Shown here: piece by piece, positions 35,713 to 44,225 of the stretch | How positions within the stretch are numbered: position 1 is the first letter of the stretch | Layout of the letters: every line of letters begins with the position of its first letter | Origin: Acidimicrobiales bacterium | Lineage (GTDB): Bacteria; Actinomycetota; Acidimicrobiia; Acidimicrobiales; Bog-793 | Assembly: GCA_035533595.1 (NCBI GenBank) | Contig: DATLTN010000024.1 | Location: 1,661-65,660, forward strand | Direction of reading: 5' to 3' | Length of the DNA stretch: 64,000 bases | The notes under the pieces: generated by a model | What the model was told of the DNA's origin: nothing | The model's input: only the letters and a program-made list of their open reading frames with translations | The model's database searches: none | Made by a program: the position numbers and the translations under genes

Positions 35713-37646
35713 CAGGGCGCCTCTCCCGGCTCGATCAGCGCGACGAGCTGATCGAGCGCGACGTGCTCGCCGACCGCGGCGAGCACCTCGGTGACCTTCC
35801 CGCCGACGCTCGCGCGCAGCGTCAGCTCGGTCTTCATCGACTCGACGCTGGCGACTGCGTCGCCGCACTCGACCGCGTCGCCAGGGCCGACGGCGAGCGA
35901 GCTCAGTGTGCCGGGCACCGGCGAGCGCACCTCGCCGTCGGCGGGCGGGCCGAGCTCCTCTGCGCCCGCGACGGGACCGAACACCTGGACGCGCCCCCGC
36001 TCCGAGACGGCGATCAGCGCGCCCCGCTCCTCGACCACGAAGTTCCGCACCTCCCCGTCGATCTCGAGGCGAACGAGACCGTCGGCAGAGGGGAGCGACG
36101 CCAGTGTGAAGCTCTTCCCGGCGACCTCGGCGCGACCGGCGCCGCGGTCGATGCGCACCTCGTGTGCCGCGGTGCCGTCGGAGAGCTCGAGGCGCAGCGG
36201 CGCTGGCGCGCCGGCGAGGCGCCAGCCGTCGCGGCGGAGCGGACCGTCGTCCTCCTCGCCGGCGGCAGCCGCCCAGGCGGCAGCGAGCAGGGCGCCCTCC
36301 TCAAAGGGGGCGCCACCGGTCGGTCCCTCGCGCTCCAGCCAGGTGGTGTCGACGCGCCCGGCCGCGAAGGCCGCGCCGCTGACGATTTCGTAGAGCTGGG
36401 AGAGGTTGCTGCCGAGGCCGATGATCGCCGTCTCGTCGAGCGCCGCGAGGAGGCCGAGGCGGGCGGCCTCGCGCGTCGGTCCGTGCGCGACGAGCTTCGC
36501 GAGCATCGGGTCGTAGTCCGAGGTGACGACGTCGCCCGAGGCGAGCGCCTCGTCGACGAGGACGCCCGACGGCCAGCGGACGAGGCGGGCGCGCCCCGCC
36601 TGGGGGAGGTAGCCGGCCGCCGGGTCCTCGGCGTAGACGCGGGCCTCGATGGCGTGCCCGCTCGCCACCACCTCCTCCTGGGTGAAGGGGAGGTGGCGGC
36701 CGAGGGCGACGAGCAGCTGCAGGGCGACGAGGTCAACACCGCAGAGCGCCTCGGTGACGCGGTGCTCGACCTGCAGCCGGGTGTTCATCTCGAGGAAGAA
36801 GAACTCATCACCGCGCACGAGGAACTCGACGGTCCCCGCACCCCGGTAGCCGATCGCCCCCGCGAGGCGGAGCGCCGCCGCCCGCAGCCCCGTGAGCACG
36901 CCCTCGCCGACGAAGGTGGCCGGCGCCTCCTCCACGACCTTCTGGTGGCGGCGCTGCACCGAGCAGTCGCGCTCGAAGAGGTGGACGAGGCCTCCGTGCT
37001 CGTCGGCGAGGATCTGCACCTCGACGTGACGCGCCCCTTCAACGAATCGCTCGACGAAGAGCGCTTCGTCGCCGAAGGCCGCCCGCGCCTCTCGTCCGGC
37101 GGCGGCGAGCGCGCCGGTGAGCTCGGCCTCGGCGCGCACGACGCGCATCGCCTTCCCGCCGCCGCCGGCGACGGCCTTCACGAGCAGTGGGAGGCCGACC
37201 TCGCCCGCGGCGCGCGCCGCCAGCTCGTCGGCCGACCCTTCGAGCCCCGGGACGACCGGCACGCCGAGCGCGACGGCGCGCCGGCGGGCCTCGTCCTTTC
37301 GCCCCATCTCCTCGATCACCGACGAGGTGGGGCCGACGAAGACCACGCCGCGCCGCTCACAGGCGCGCGCCAGCTCCGCGTGCTCGGCGAGAAAGCCGTA
37401 GCCGGGGTGGACTGCCCCCGCCCCGGAGGCCTCGACCGCGGCCATCACCGCCTCCACCGAGAGGTAGGAGTCGGCCGCCGGGGCGGGGCCGAGGCAGAAG
37501 GCCCGGTCGGCCTCGCGCACGTGCGCGGAGCGACGATCGGCGGCCGAGAAGACCGCGACCGTGCCGAGGCCGAGCGAGCGGGCGGCATGCAGGACGCGGC
37601 GCGCGATCTCGCCGCGGTTGGCGACGAGGAGCGAGTCGAAGGCCAC
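35712..37646 (-). CDS. Biotin-dependent acyl-CoA carboxylase alpha subunit (biotin carboxylase + BCCP; methylcrotonyl-CoA carboxylase by context)
   Basis: The motifs are LLVANRGEIA and GGGGKAMRVV, with a C-terminal biotinyl motif SVESMKTEL. The GTG start (VAFDSLLVANRG) lies 2 nt after the beta-subunit stop. Confidence 0.88.
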   Translation of the reverse strand: MAFDSLLVANRGEIARRVLHAARSLGLGTVAVFSAADRRSAHVREADRAFCLGPAPAADSYLSVEAVMAAVEASGAGAVHPGYGFLAEHAELARACERRGVVFVGPTSSVIEEMGRKDEARRRAVALGVPVVPGLEGSADELAARAAGEVGLPLLVKAVAGGGGKAMRVVRAEAELTGALAAAGREARAAFGDEALFVERFVEGARHVEVQILADEHGGLVHLFERDCSVQRRHQKVVEEAPATFVGEGVLTGLRAAALRLAGAIGYRGAGTVEFLVRGDEFFFLEMNTRLQVEHRVTEALCGVDLVALQLLVALGRHLPFTQEEVVASGHAIEARVYAEDPAAGYLPQAGRARLVRWPSGVLVDEALASGDVVTSDYDPMLAKLVAHGPTREAARLGLLAALDETAIIGLGSNLSQLYEIVSGAAFAAGRVDTTWLEREGPTGGAPFEEGALLAAAWAAAAGEEDDGPLRRDGWRLAGAPAPLRLELSDGTAAHEVRIDRGAGRAEVAGKSFTLASLPSADGLVRLEIDGEVRNFVVEERGALIAVSERGRVQVFGPVAGAEELGPPADGEVRSPVPGTLSSLAVGPGDAVECGDAVASVESMKTELTLRASVGGKVTEVLAAVGEHVALDQLVALIEPGEAP

Positions 37647-37648
37647 CG

Positions 37649-39205
37649 CTACATCCGGAACACGCCGTAGGGGCTCGGCTCGGGCGCGACCCGCGAGGCG
37701 AGCTCGAGGCCGATGCCGAGGACGCGACGGGTGTCGAGCGGGTCGATCACGCCGTCGTCCCACAGGCGGGCGCTCGCGTAGTACGGCGAGCCCTGCCGTT
37801 CGTACTCGGCGCGGGTCGCCTCCGCCCGCTCCTCGTCGGCGGCACCCTCGCCGGCGCCACCGACGAGGGAGAGCACCGTCGCCGCCTGCTCGCCCCCCAT
37901 CACCGAGATGCGGGCGTTCGGCCACATGAAGACGAAGCGCGGGTCGTAGGCGCGTCCGGCCATCGCGTAGTTGCCGGCGCCGAAGGAGCCACCGACGATC
38001 ACGGTGAACTTCGGCATCGCCGAGCAGGCGACCGCGGTGACGAGCTTCGCGCCGTCCTTCGCGATCCCCCGCGACTCGTAGTCGCGGCCGACCATGAACC
38101 CGGCGATGTTCTGCAGGAAGACGAGCGGTCGCCGGCGCTGGTTGCAGAGCTCGATGAAGTGCGTCGCCTTCAAGGCGGACTCGCTGAAGAGCACCCCGTT
38201 GTTGGCGAGGATCCCGACGGGGTAGCCGAAGATGCGGGCGAAGCCGCAGACGATGCTCTCCCCCCACAGCTCCTTGAACTCAGAAAAGCGCGAGCCGTCG
38301 ACGATCCTTCTGATGACGAGCCGCGGGTCGTAGGGCTGGCGGACGTCGGCGGGGACGAGGTCGTAGAGCTCGGCCGGATCCTCGGCCGGCTCCTCGGCCG
38401 AGTGCGCCTCCAACCAGGGGTGCTCGGGCGGCGCGAGGGTGGCGACGATCTCACGGAGCTTGCCGAGCGCGGCGGCGTCGTCCGCGGCGAGGTGGTCGAC
38501 GACCCCCGAACGGCGGGCGTGGGTGTCGCCGCCGCCGAGCTCCTCCGCGCTCACGACCTCCCCCGTAGCGGCGCGCACGAGCGGCGGGCCGCCGAGGAAG
38601 ATCGTCCCCTGCTCGCGCACGATCACGCTCTCGTCGCTCATCGCCGGGACGTAGGCGCCCCCCGCCGTCGAGGAGCCGAGCACCGCCGAGAGCTGGGCGA
38701 CGCCACGCGCCGAGAGGCGCGCCTGGTTGTAGAAGATCCGGCCGAAGTGCTCGCGGTCGGGGAAGACCTGGTCCTGGAGGGGTAGGTAGGCGCCCCCGGA
38801 GTCCACGAGGTAGAGGCACGGCAGGCGATTCTCGCCGGCGATCTGCTGGGCACGCAGGTGCTTCTTCACCGTGATCGGGTAGTACGAGCCGCCCTTCACC
38901 GTCGCGTCGTTGGCCACCACCATGCAGTCGCGCCCCGACACGCGGCCGATGCCGGTGACGATCCCTCCCGCCGGCACCGGCTCGTCGTAGAGCTCGTGAC
39001 CGGCGAAGAGCGAGAGCTCGAGGAAGGGGCTGCCGGGGTCGAGCAGGCGGTCGATCCGCTCGCGCACGAGCAGCTTCCCGCGCTCGAGGTGGCGCCGGCG
39101 CGCCTCCTCGCCGCCGCCCTCGCGGACGACCGCCGCGAGACGCCCGAGCTCCTCGCTGAGCGCGCGCAGCGAGGCAGTCGCCGGAGCAGCGGCTTCGCGG
39201 CTCAT
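37649..39205 (-). CDS. Acyl-CoA carboxylase carboxyltransferase (beta) subunit (methylcrotonyl-CoA carboxylase by context)
   Basis: It has the two-domain carboxyltransferase pattern ([42 protein letters not shown]). Confidence 0.88.
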   Translation of the reverse strand: MSREAAAPATASLRALSEELGRLAAVVREGGGEEARRRHLERGKLLVRERIDRLLDPGSPFLELSLFAGHELYDEPVPAGGIVTGIGRVSGRDCMVVANDATVKGGSYYPITVKKHLRAQQIAGENRLPCLYLVDSGGAYLPLQDQVFPDREHFGRIFYNQARLSARGVAQLSAVLGSSTAGGAYVPAMSDESVIVREQGTIFLGGPPLVRAATGEVVSAEELGGGDTHARRSGVVDHLAADDAAALGKLREIVATLAPPEHPWLEAHSAEEPAEDPAELYDLVPADVRQPYDPRLVIRRIVDGSRFSEFKELWGESIVCGFARIFGYPVGILANNGVLFSESALKATHFIELCNQRRRPLVFLQNIAGFMVGRDYESRGIAKDGAKLVTAVACSAMPKFTVIVGGSFGAGNYAMAGRAYDPRFVFMWPNARISVMGGEQAATVLSLVGGAGEGAADEERAEATRAEYERQGSPYYASARLWDDGVIDPLDTRRVLGIGLELASRVAPEPSPYGVFRM

Positions 39206-39341
39206 CGCACCCTCCCTCGGACCCCGATCGGCACTCGGTGGATGCTACGGGCGGGGGCTCCGGCCGTGGCGGGAGCGCCAGCGGCGACCGCGTGCGCCGC
39301 CGGCCCCGGCGCCGGGCAGTCGCGCGGCGGAGCGGCCTAGC

Positions 39342-39959
39342 GTGGCTCGGGTGACACTTCACTACGAGGACGCCGCGCTCGAGGTCCACCGCCTCGTCGT
39401 CGGCCCGGTCGACAACAACGTCTTCGTGCTGCGCTGCAAACAGAGCGGCGAGGCGATGCTGATCGACGCCGCGAACGAGCACGAGAAGCTCCTCGAACTC
39501 TGCCAGGGCCTCGGCGTCCGCAGGGTCGTCGAGACGCACGGCCACTGGGACCACATCCAGGCCGTGCCGGCGATCCGCGATGCCGGCTACGAGGTCGCCG
39601 TCACCGCGGCCGACGCCGGGATGCTCCCCTCCTACGACCTGCTGCTCGAGGATGACGCGGTGCTCGAGGTCGGGCGGCTGCGGGTGCGCACGATCCACAC
39701 CCCCGGGCACACGCCGGGCTCGATGTGCTTCCTCGTCGAGGGCGCACCGCTGCTGTTCTCCGGCGACACGCTCTTCCCGGGCGGACCGGGGAACACCTCC
39801 AACGCCTACGGGAACTTTCCCGAGATCATCGAGTCGATCGAGCGCCGCCTCTTCGCTGCGCTCGCCGCCGACACCCTCGTCCTCCCCGGCCACGGCCTCG
39901 ACACCACCCTCGCAGCCGAGGAGCCGCATCTCGACGAGTGGATCGCGCGCGGCTGGTGA
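39342..39959 (+). CDS. MBL-fold metallo-hydrolase (glyoxalase II-like)
   Basis: The motifs are THGHWDHIQA (HxHxDH), HTPGHTPGS and GDTLFPGG. Confidence 0.8.
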   Translation: MARVTLHYEDAALEVHRLVVGPVDNNVFVLRCKQSGEAMLIDAANEHEKLLELCQGLGVRRVVETHGHWDHIQAVPAIRDAGYEVAVTAADAGMLPSYDLLLEDDAVLEVGRLRVRTIHTPGHTPGSMCFLVEGAPLLFSGDTLFPGGPGNTSNAYGNFPEIIESIERRLFAALAADTLVLPGHGLDTTLAAEEPHLDEWIARGW

Positions 39960-40026
39960 GCCACCCGGAGGCGGGATCGGCCGCCACCCCTAACATTGCC
40001 GGGGTGACCAAGGCCGGAGCTGGGCG

Positions 40027-41283
40027 ATGAGCCGGGTCGAGGAGCACGTAGCGGCCCTCGACGTGGCGAGGATCCGCGCCGACTTCCCGATCCTCGAGCG
40101 CCACCCCGGCGAGCGCCCACTCGTCTACCTCGACTCCGCGGCCTCCGCGCAGCGCCCACGCGCCGTGCTGCGGGCGATGGACGACTACTACGAGACGACG
40201 CACGCCAACGTGCACCGCGGCGTGTACGCGATCGCCGAGGAGGCGACGCGGCGCTACGAGGCCGCCCGAGTCGCCGCCGGCCGGCTGATCGGCGCCCCCG
40301 ACCCCAGCCACGAGATCGTCTTCACCAAGAACGTCACCGAGGCGATCAACCTCGTCGCCCACACCTGGGCCCGCAAGGAGCTCCGCGAGGGCGACGTGAT
40401 CGTCCTCTCCGAGGCGGAGCACCACGCCAACCTCGTCCCCTGGCTGATGCTGAAGGAGGAGCGCGGGATCGAGCTCCGCTACCTCGGCCTGCGCGACGAC
40501 TTCACGCTCGACACCGACGACCTCGAGACCCTCCTCGACGGGGCCCGCCTGCTCGCGGTGACCGCTGCCTCGAACGTGCTCGGGACGATCGTCGACCTGC
40601 CGCCGCTCGTCGAGGCCGCGCACCGCCACGGTGCCCTCGTGCTCGTCGACGGCGCGCAGATCGTCCCCCACCGCCGCGTCGACGTCGCCGCCCTCGACCT
40701 CGACTTCTTCGGCTACACCAGCCACAAGGCGCTCGGGCCGACGGGGATCGGCGTCCTCTGGGCGCGGCGCGCCCTGCTCGAGGAGATGCCCCCCTTCCTC
40801 GGGGGCGGGGAGATGATCTCCGACGTCCGCCTGGACGGCTTCACCCCGAACGAGGTGCCCTGGAAGTTCGAGGCCGGAACCCCGCCGATCGCCGAGGCGA
40901 TCGGCCTCGCCGCCGCGATCAGCTACCTCGAGGAGGTTGGGATCGAGCGGATCACCTCCCACGAGGGGGCCCTCACCGCCTACGCCTTCGCCGAGCTCAC
41001 CGAGCACCACCCCGAGCTCGTCATCTACGGCCCTCCCCCCGACCCGGCGCGCCGCGGCGGGGTGATCTCGTTCTCCTTCGGGGAGATCCACCCCCACGAC
41101 GTCGCGCAGGTGCTCGACCAGCACGGCGTCTGCGTGCGCGCCGGCCACCACTGCGCGAAGCCGCTGATGCGGCGCCTCAACGTGACGGCGACGACGCGCG
41201 CCTCGCTCTACCTCTACAACGACGAGGGCGACGTCGACGCCCTCGTCTCCGCGCTCGGCGCGGTGCGGGAGATGTTCGGGTAG
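40027..41283 (+). CDS. sufS: Cysteine desulfurase, SufS type
   Basis: The motifs are YLDSAASAQRP, TSHKALGPTGIGVLW (PLP lysine) and RAGHHCAKPL (catalytic Cys). Confidence 0.9.
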   Translation: MSRVEEHVAALDVARIRADFPILERHPGERPLVYLDSAASAQRPRAVLRAMDDYYETTHANVHRGVYAIAEEATRRYEAARVAAGRLIGAPDPSHEIVFTKNVTEAINLVAHTWARKELREGDVIVLSEAEHHANLVPWLMLKEERGIELRYLGLRDDFTLDTDDLETLLDGARLLAVTAASNVLGTIVDLPPLVEAAHRHGALVLVDGAQIVPHRRVDVAALDLDFFGYTSHKALGPTGIGVLWARRALLEEMPPFLGGGEMISDVRLDGFTPNEVPWKFEAGTPPIAEAIGLAAAISYLEEVGIERITSHEGALTAYAFAELTEHHPELVIYGPPPDPARRGGVISFSFGEIHPHDVAQVLDQHGVCVRAGHHCAKPLMRRLNVTATTRASLYLYNDEGDVDALVSALGAVREMFG

Positions 41284-41285
41284 CG

Positions 41286-41768
41286 ATGGCCGAGCTCGAC
41301 GAGCTGTACCGGGAGATCATCCTCGACCACTACCGCTCGCCGCGGAACCGCGGCGCGCTCGAGAGCCCGCCCGCGCACCGCGCCGAGGGCTTCAACCCGC
41401 TGTGCGGCGACGAGATCGTCGTCTACGTCGAGGTCGCCGATGGCGTGGTCGCCAACGTCGCGACCGACGGCCAGGGCTGCTCGATCAGCCAGTCCTCCGC
41501 CTCGCTGATGTCGGCCGCGGTGAAGGGGAGGCCGCTCTCCGAGGTCCGGCGGCTGATGGCCGCCGTGCGCGCGATGTTCGCCGTCGACGGCGCCGACGAG
41601 AGCGGGGACGACCAGGCGGCGCTTCATGCCGAGGACCTCGGGGAGCTCGCCGCGATGCAGGGTGTGGTGAAGTTCCCCGCCCGGGTGAAGTGCGCGACCT
41701 TGTCCTGGACGACCCTCGCCCGCAGTCTCGACGAGGCCGATGAGGGCGGAGAGGCGCCCGCGCGCTGA
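41286..41768 (+). CDS. sufU: SufU-type iron-sulfur cluster assembly / sulfurtransferase protein
   Basis: The motifs are LYREIILDHYRSPRN, NPLCGD, GQGCSISQSSAS and VKCATLSW. Confidence 0.88.
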   Translation: MAELDELYREIILDHYRSPRNRGALESPPAHRAEGFNPLCGDEIVVYVEVADGVVANVATDGQGCSISQSSASLMSAAVKGRPLSEVRRLMAAVRAMFAVDGADESGDDQAALHAEDLGELAAMQGVVKFPARVKCATLSWTTLARSLDEADEGGEAPAR

Positions 41769-41847
41769 CACCGCGGCCGGCCCGGTCCCCCGGAGCAGGT
41801 CGAATATGCTCGCCCGACGGCCGGCCGAAGCCTGAGGGGGCGAGCGG

Positions 41848-42813
41848 GTGCTCATCGACGTCCACAACCACGTGATGCCGAGCGAGTCGCTCGACACCTT
41901 GTCCTCGGACCCCGTCTACGGCGTGCAGATCGTGGACGGCGAGTGGCGGGGCGTCCACCACGTGCCCTTCGAGGTGACCCCCTCGTTCTACGACCCCGCG
42001 GCCCGCCTCGCCGAGCTCGACGAGCGCCAGATCGGCGGTGCGGTCATCTCCTCGCCGCCGATGCTCTTCTATTACGACGTCCCCACCGACGCCGGGGTGA
42101 CGCTCTGCGACAGCGCCAACGCCGGCATGGCCCGCTACTGCGAGCACGCCCCGGAGCGCTTCCGCTGGCTCGCCAACGTCCCCCTCCAGGACCCCACATC
42201 GGCCGCGACGGCGCTCGCCGAAGCGGCAGCCGCGGGCTGCGCGGGGGCGGGGATCGGCACCTCGGTCGCCGGCCGACGCCTCGACGAGGAACCCTTCGAG
42301 GAGTTCTGGGCGGCCGCCGCCCGCCTCGGGCTGCCCGTCCTCGTCCATCCCGCCTTCAACGAGCCGCACCACGGCCTCGAGCCGTACTACCTGCAGAACG
42401 TGATCGGGAACCCGCTCGAGACGACGGTCGTCGCCGAGCGGCTGATCTGCTCGGGCCTCCTCGCCCGCCACCCGCGCCTGCGCGTCGTGCTGCTGCACGG
42501 CGGCGGCTTCCTCCCCTACCAGCTGGGACGGCTGCGCCACGCCCGCAGCGTCCGCCCCGAGCTCGCCGACGCGCCGGAGGACCCCTTCTCGTTCTTGCCG
42601 CAGCTCTTCTTCGACACGATCACCCACGACGACGAGGCGCTCGCCTACCTCGTCTCGCGCGTCGGCATCAACCAGGTCGTCCTCGGCACCGACCTCCCCT
42701 ACGACATGGCGATGGTCGAGCCCGTCGAGACGCTGCGGCGCGTCCTCGGCGAGAAGAGTACCGAGACGATCGGCGCCGACAACGCGGCGCGGCTGTTCGG
42801 CTTCGGCGGCTGA
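41848..42813 (+). CDS. Amidohydrolase-2 (ACMSD-like non-oxidative decarboxylase) family protein
   Basis: The metal-ligand pattern is IDVHNHV (HxH), VLVHPA, VLLHGGG and LGTDLPYD. The protein is 321 aa. Confidence 0.8.
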   Translation: MLIDVHNHVMPSESLDTLSSDPVYGVQIVDGEWRGVHHVPFEVTPSFYDPAARLAELDERQIGGAVISSPPMLFYYDVPTDAGVTLCDSANAGMARYCEHAPERFRWLANVPLQDPTSAATALAEAAAAGCAGAGIGTSVAGRRLDEEPFEEFWAAAARLGLPVLVHPAFNEPHHGLEPYYLQNVIGNPLETTVVAERLICSGLLARHPRLRVVLLHGGGFLPYQLGRLRHARSVRPELADAPEDPFSFLPQLFFDTITHDDEALAYLVSRVGINQVVLGTDLPYDMAMVEPVETLRRVLGEKSTETIGADNAARLFGFGG

Positions 42814-42871
42814 GGCGCTCCTGCCCGGTGGCACCCACCGGGCCCGTTCGATCTGACTGAGAGGACCAGAG

Positions 42872-44107
42872 ATGGCGTCGTTCGGCAGTGTAGGGATGGA
42901 CTGGCAGGAGCGGATCAACTGGTCGCGGATGCGCGCCCACCGCCTTGAGCGCGCCCGCGCGGCGATGCGCCGCCACGGCCTCGGGGCGATGCTCCTCATG
43001 TACGACGAGAACGTCCGCTACGTGACCTCGACGCTCACCCCCGGCTGGAACCGCCTGAAGCCGGGGCTGCGCTACGCGATCCTCGTCGAGGGGCGCGAGC
43101 CGATCCTCTACGAGCAGGGCGACATCGGCATCCACGTGAAGCGGCACTCGCCGTGGCTGCCGCCCGAGAACGTCCGCCACTCCTTCTCCTGGATCAAGGG
43201 GGCGGCCGGCCCGGCCTCGGAGATGCAGGTCGGCAAGTTCACCGCCGCGATCCTCGCCGACCTCGAGGAGGCGGGGGTTTTGGACCAGCCGCTCGGCACC
43301 GACTTCATCGACATCAACATGATCCGCGCCTTCGAGCGCGCGGGGATCAACTGGACCGACGGGATGACGCCGATGGTCGAGGCGCGCTCGGTGAAGAACG
43401 TCGACGAACAGGAGGCGATGCGCATCGTCGGTGCCATCGGCGACGCCCTGCACTACGAGTTCTCCCAGTTCCTGAAGCCGGGGCTGACCGAGAACCAGGT
43501 GACGGCGTTCGGGATGAAGTACCTCTTCGACATCCCCGGGATGGAGGACGTCGAGGACATCATCGTCTCCTCTGGGCCGAACGCATGGCCCAACTGGCGG
43601 AACTTCTCCGACCGCATCATCCGGCCCGGAGAGCTCGTCATCATCGACCTCGCCGCGCTCACCTGGAACGGCTTCAAGTCCTGCTACTACCGCACCTACT
43701 GCGTCGGCGGGAAGCCCAACGACGAGCAGCGCCGCTACTACGACCTCGCGCTCAAGTGGCTCTACGACTCGATCGATGCGGTGCGCGCCGGCGCGACGAC
43801 GCGCGACATCGCGTCGCGCTGGCCCTCCGCGCAGGAGACCTGGGGCTACGAGGACGAGGACGAGGCGGCGGCCAACCTCTGGGGGCACGGCCTCGGCCTC
43901 GCGCAGTACGACATGCCGGTGATCAGCCGGATCTGGTCGCTCGACTTCCCCCAGACGATCGAGCCCGGGATGGTCTTCGCGCTCGAGACCCAGCACGGCA
44001 AGGTCCACGAGTTCGGCGTGCGCATCGAGGAGATGCTCATCGTCCACCCCGACCGCACCGAGATGATCACGACCTTCCCCGTCGGGGAGATCACCCTCGC
44101 CGGTTGA
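42872..44107 (+). CDS. M24 family (creatinase/prolidase-like) protein
   Basis: It has a creatinase-like N-terminal domain (RMRAHRLERARAAMRRHGLGAMLLMYDENVRYVTS) and a pita-bread C-terminal domain (IIDLAAL..., HGLGLAQYD, FALETQ, RIEEMLIV). Confidence 0.8.
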   Translation: MASFGSVGMDWQERINWSRMRAHRLERARAAMRRHGLGAMLLMYDENVRYVTSTLTPGWNRLKPGLRYAILVEGREPILYEQGDIGIHVKRHSPWLPPENVRHSFSWIKGAAGPASEMQVGKFTAAILADLEEAGVLDQPLGTDFIDINMIRAFERAGINWTDGMTPMVEARSVKNVDEQEAMRIVGAIGDALHYEFSQFLKPGLTENQVTAFGMKYLFDIPGMEDVEDIIVSSGPNAWPNWRNFSDRIIRPGELVIIDLAALTWNGFKSCYYRTYCVGGKPNDEQRRYYDLALKWLYDSIDAVRAGATTRDIASRWPSAQETWGYEDEDEAAANLWGHGLGLAQYDMPVISRIWSLDFPQTIEPGMVFALETQHGKVHEFGVRIEEMLIVHPDRTEMITTFPVGEITLAG

Positions 44108-44225
44108 CGAGTCGGGGGAGCCGCCCGCCCTGCTGATCGACCTCGACGACGAGGCGGCCCTCGACCCCTCGCTCGTCGGCGCCAAGGCCGCCGCGCTCGC
44201 CGCGGCACGGCGGCGGGGATGTGCG

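Noticed and set aside
44095-44115. RF2-like programmed +1 frameshift at GGT TGA C joining the M24 gene to the PPDK_N-like gene.
   Set aside because: There is no slippery codon allowing tRNA re-pairing and no suitably spaced internal Shine-Dalgarno sequence. I kept it only as the least likely explanation in the start-codon finding.
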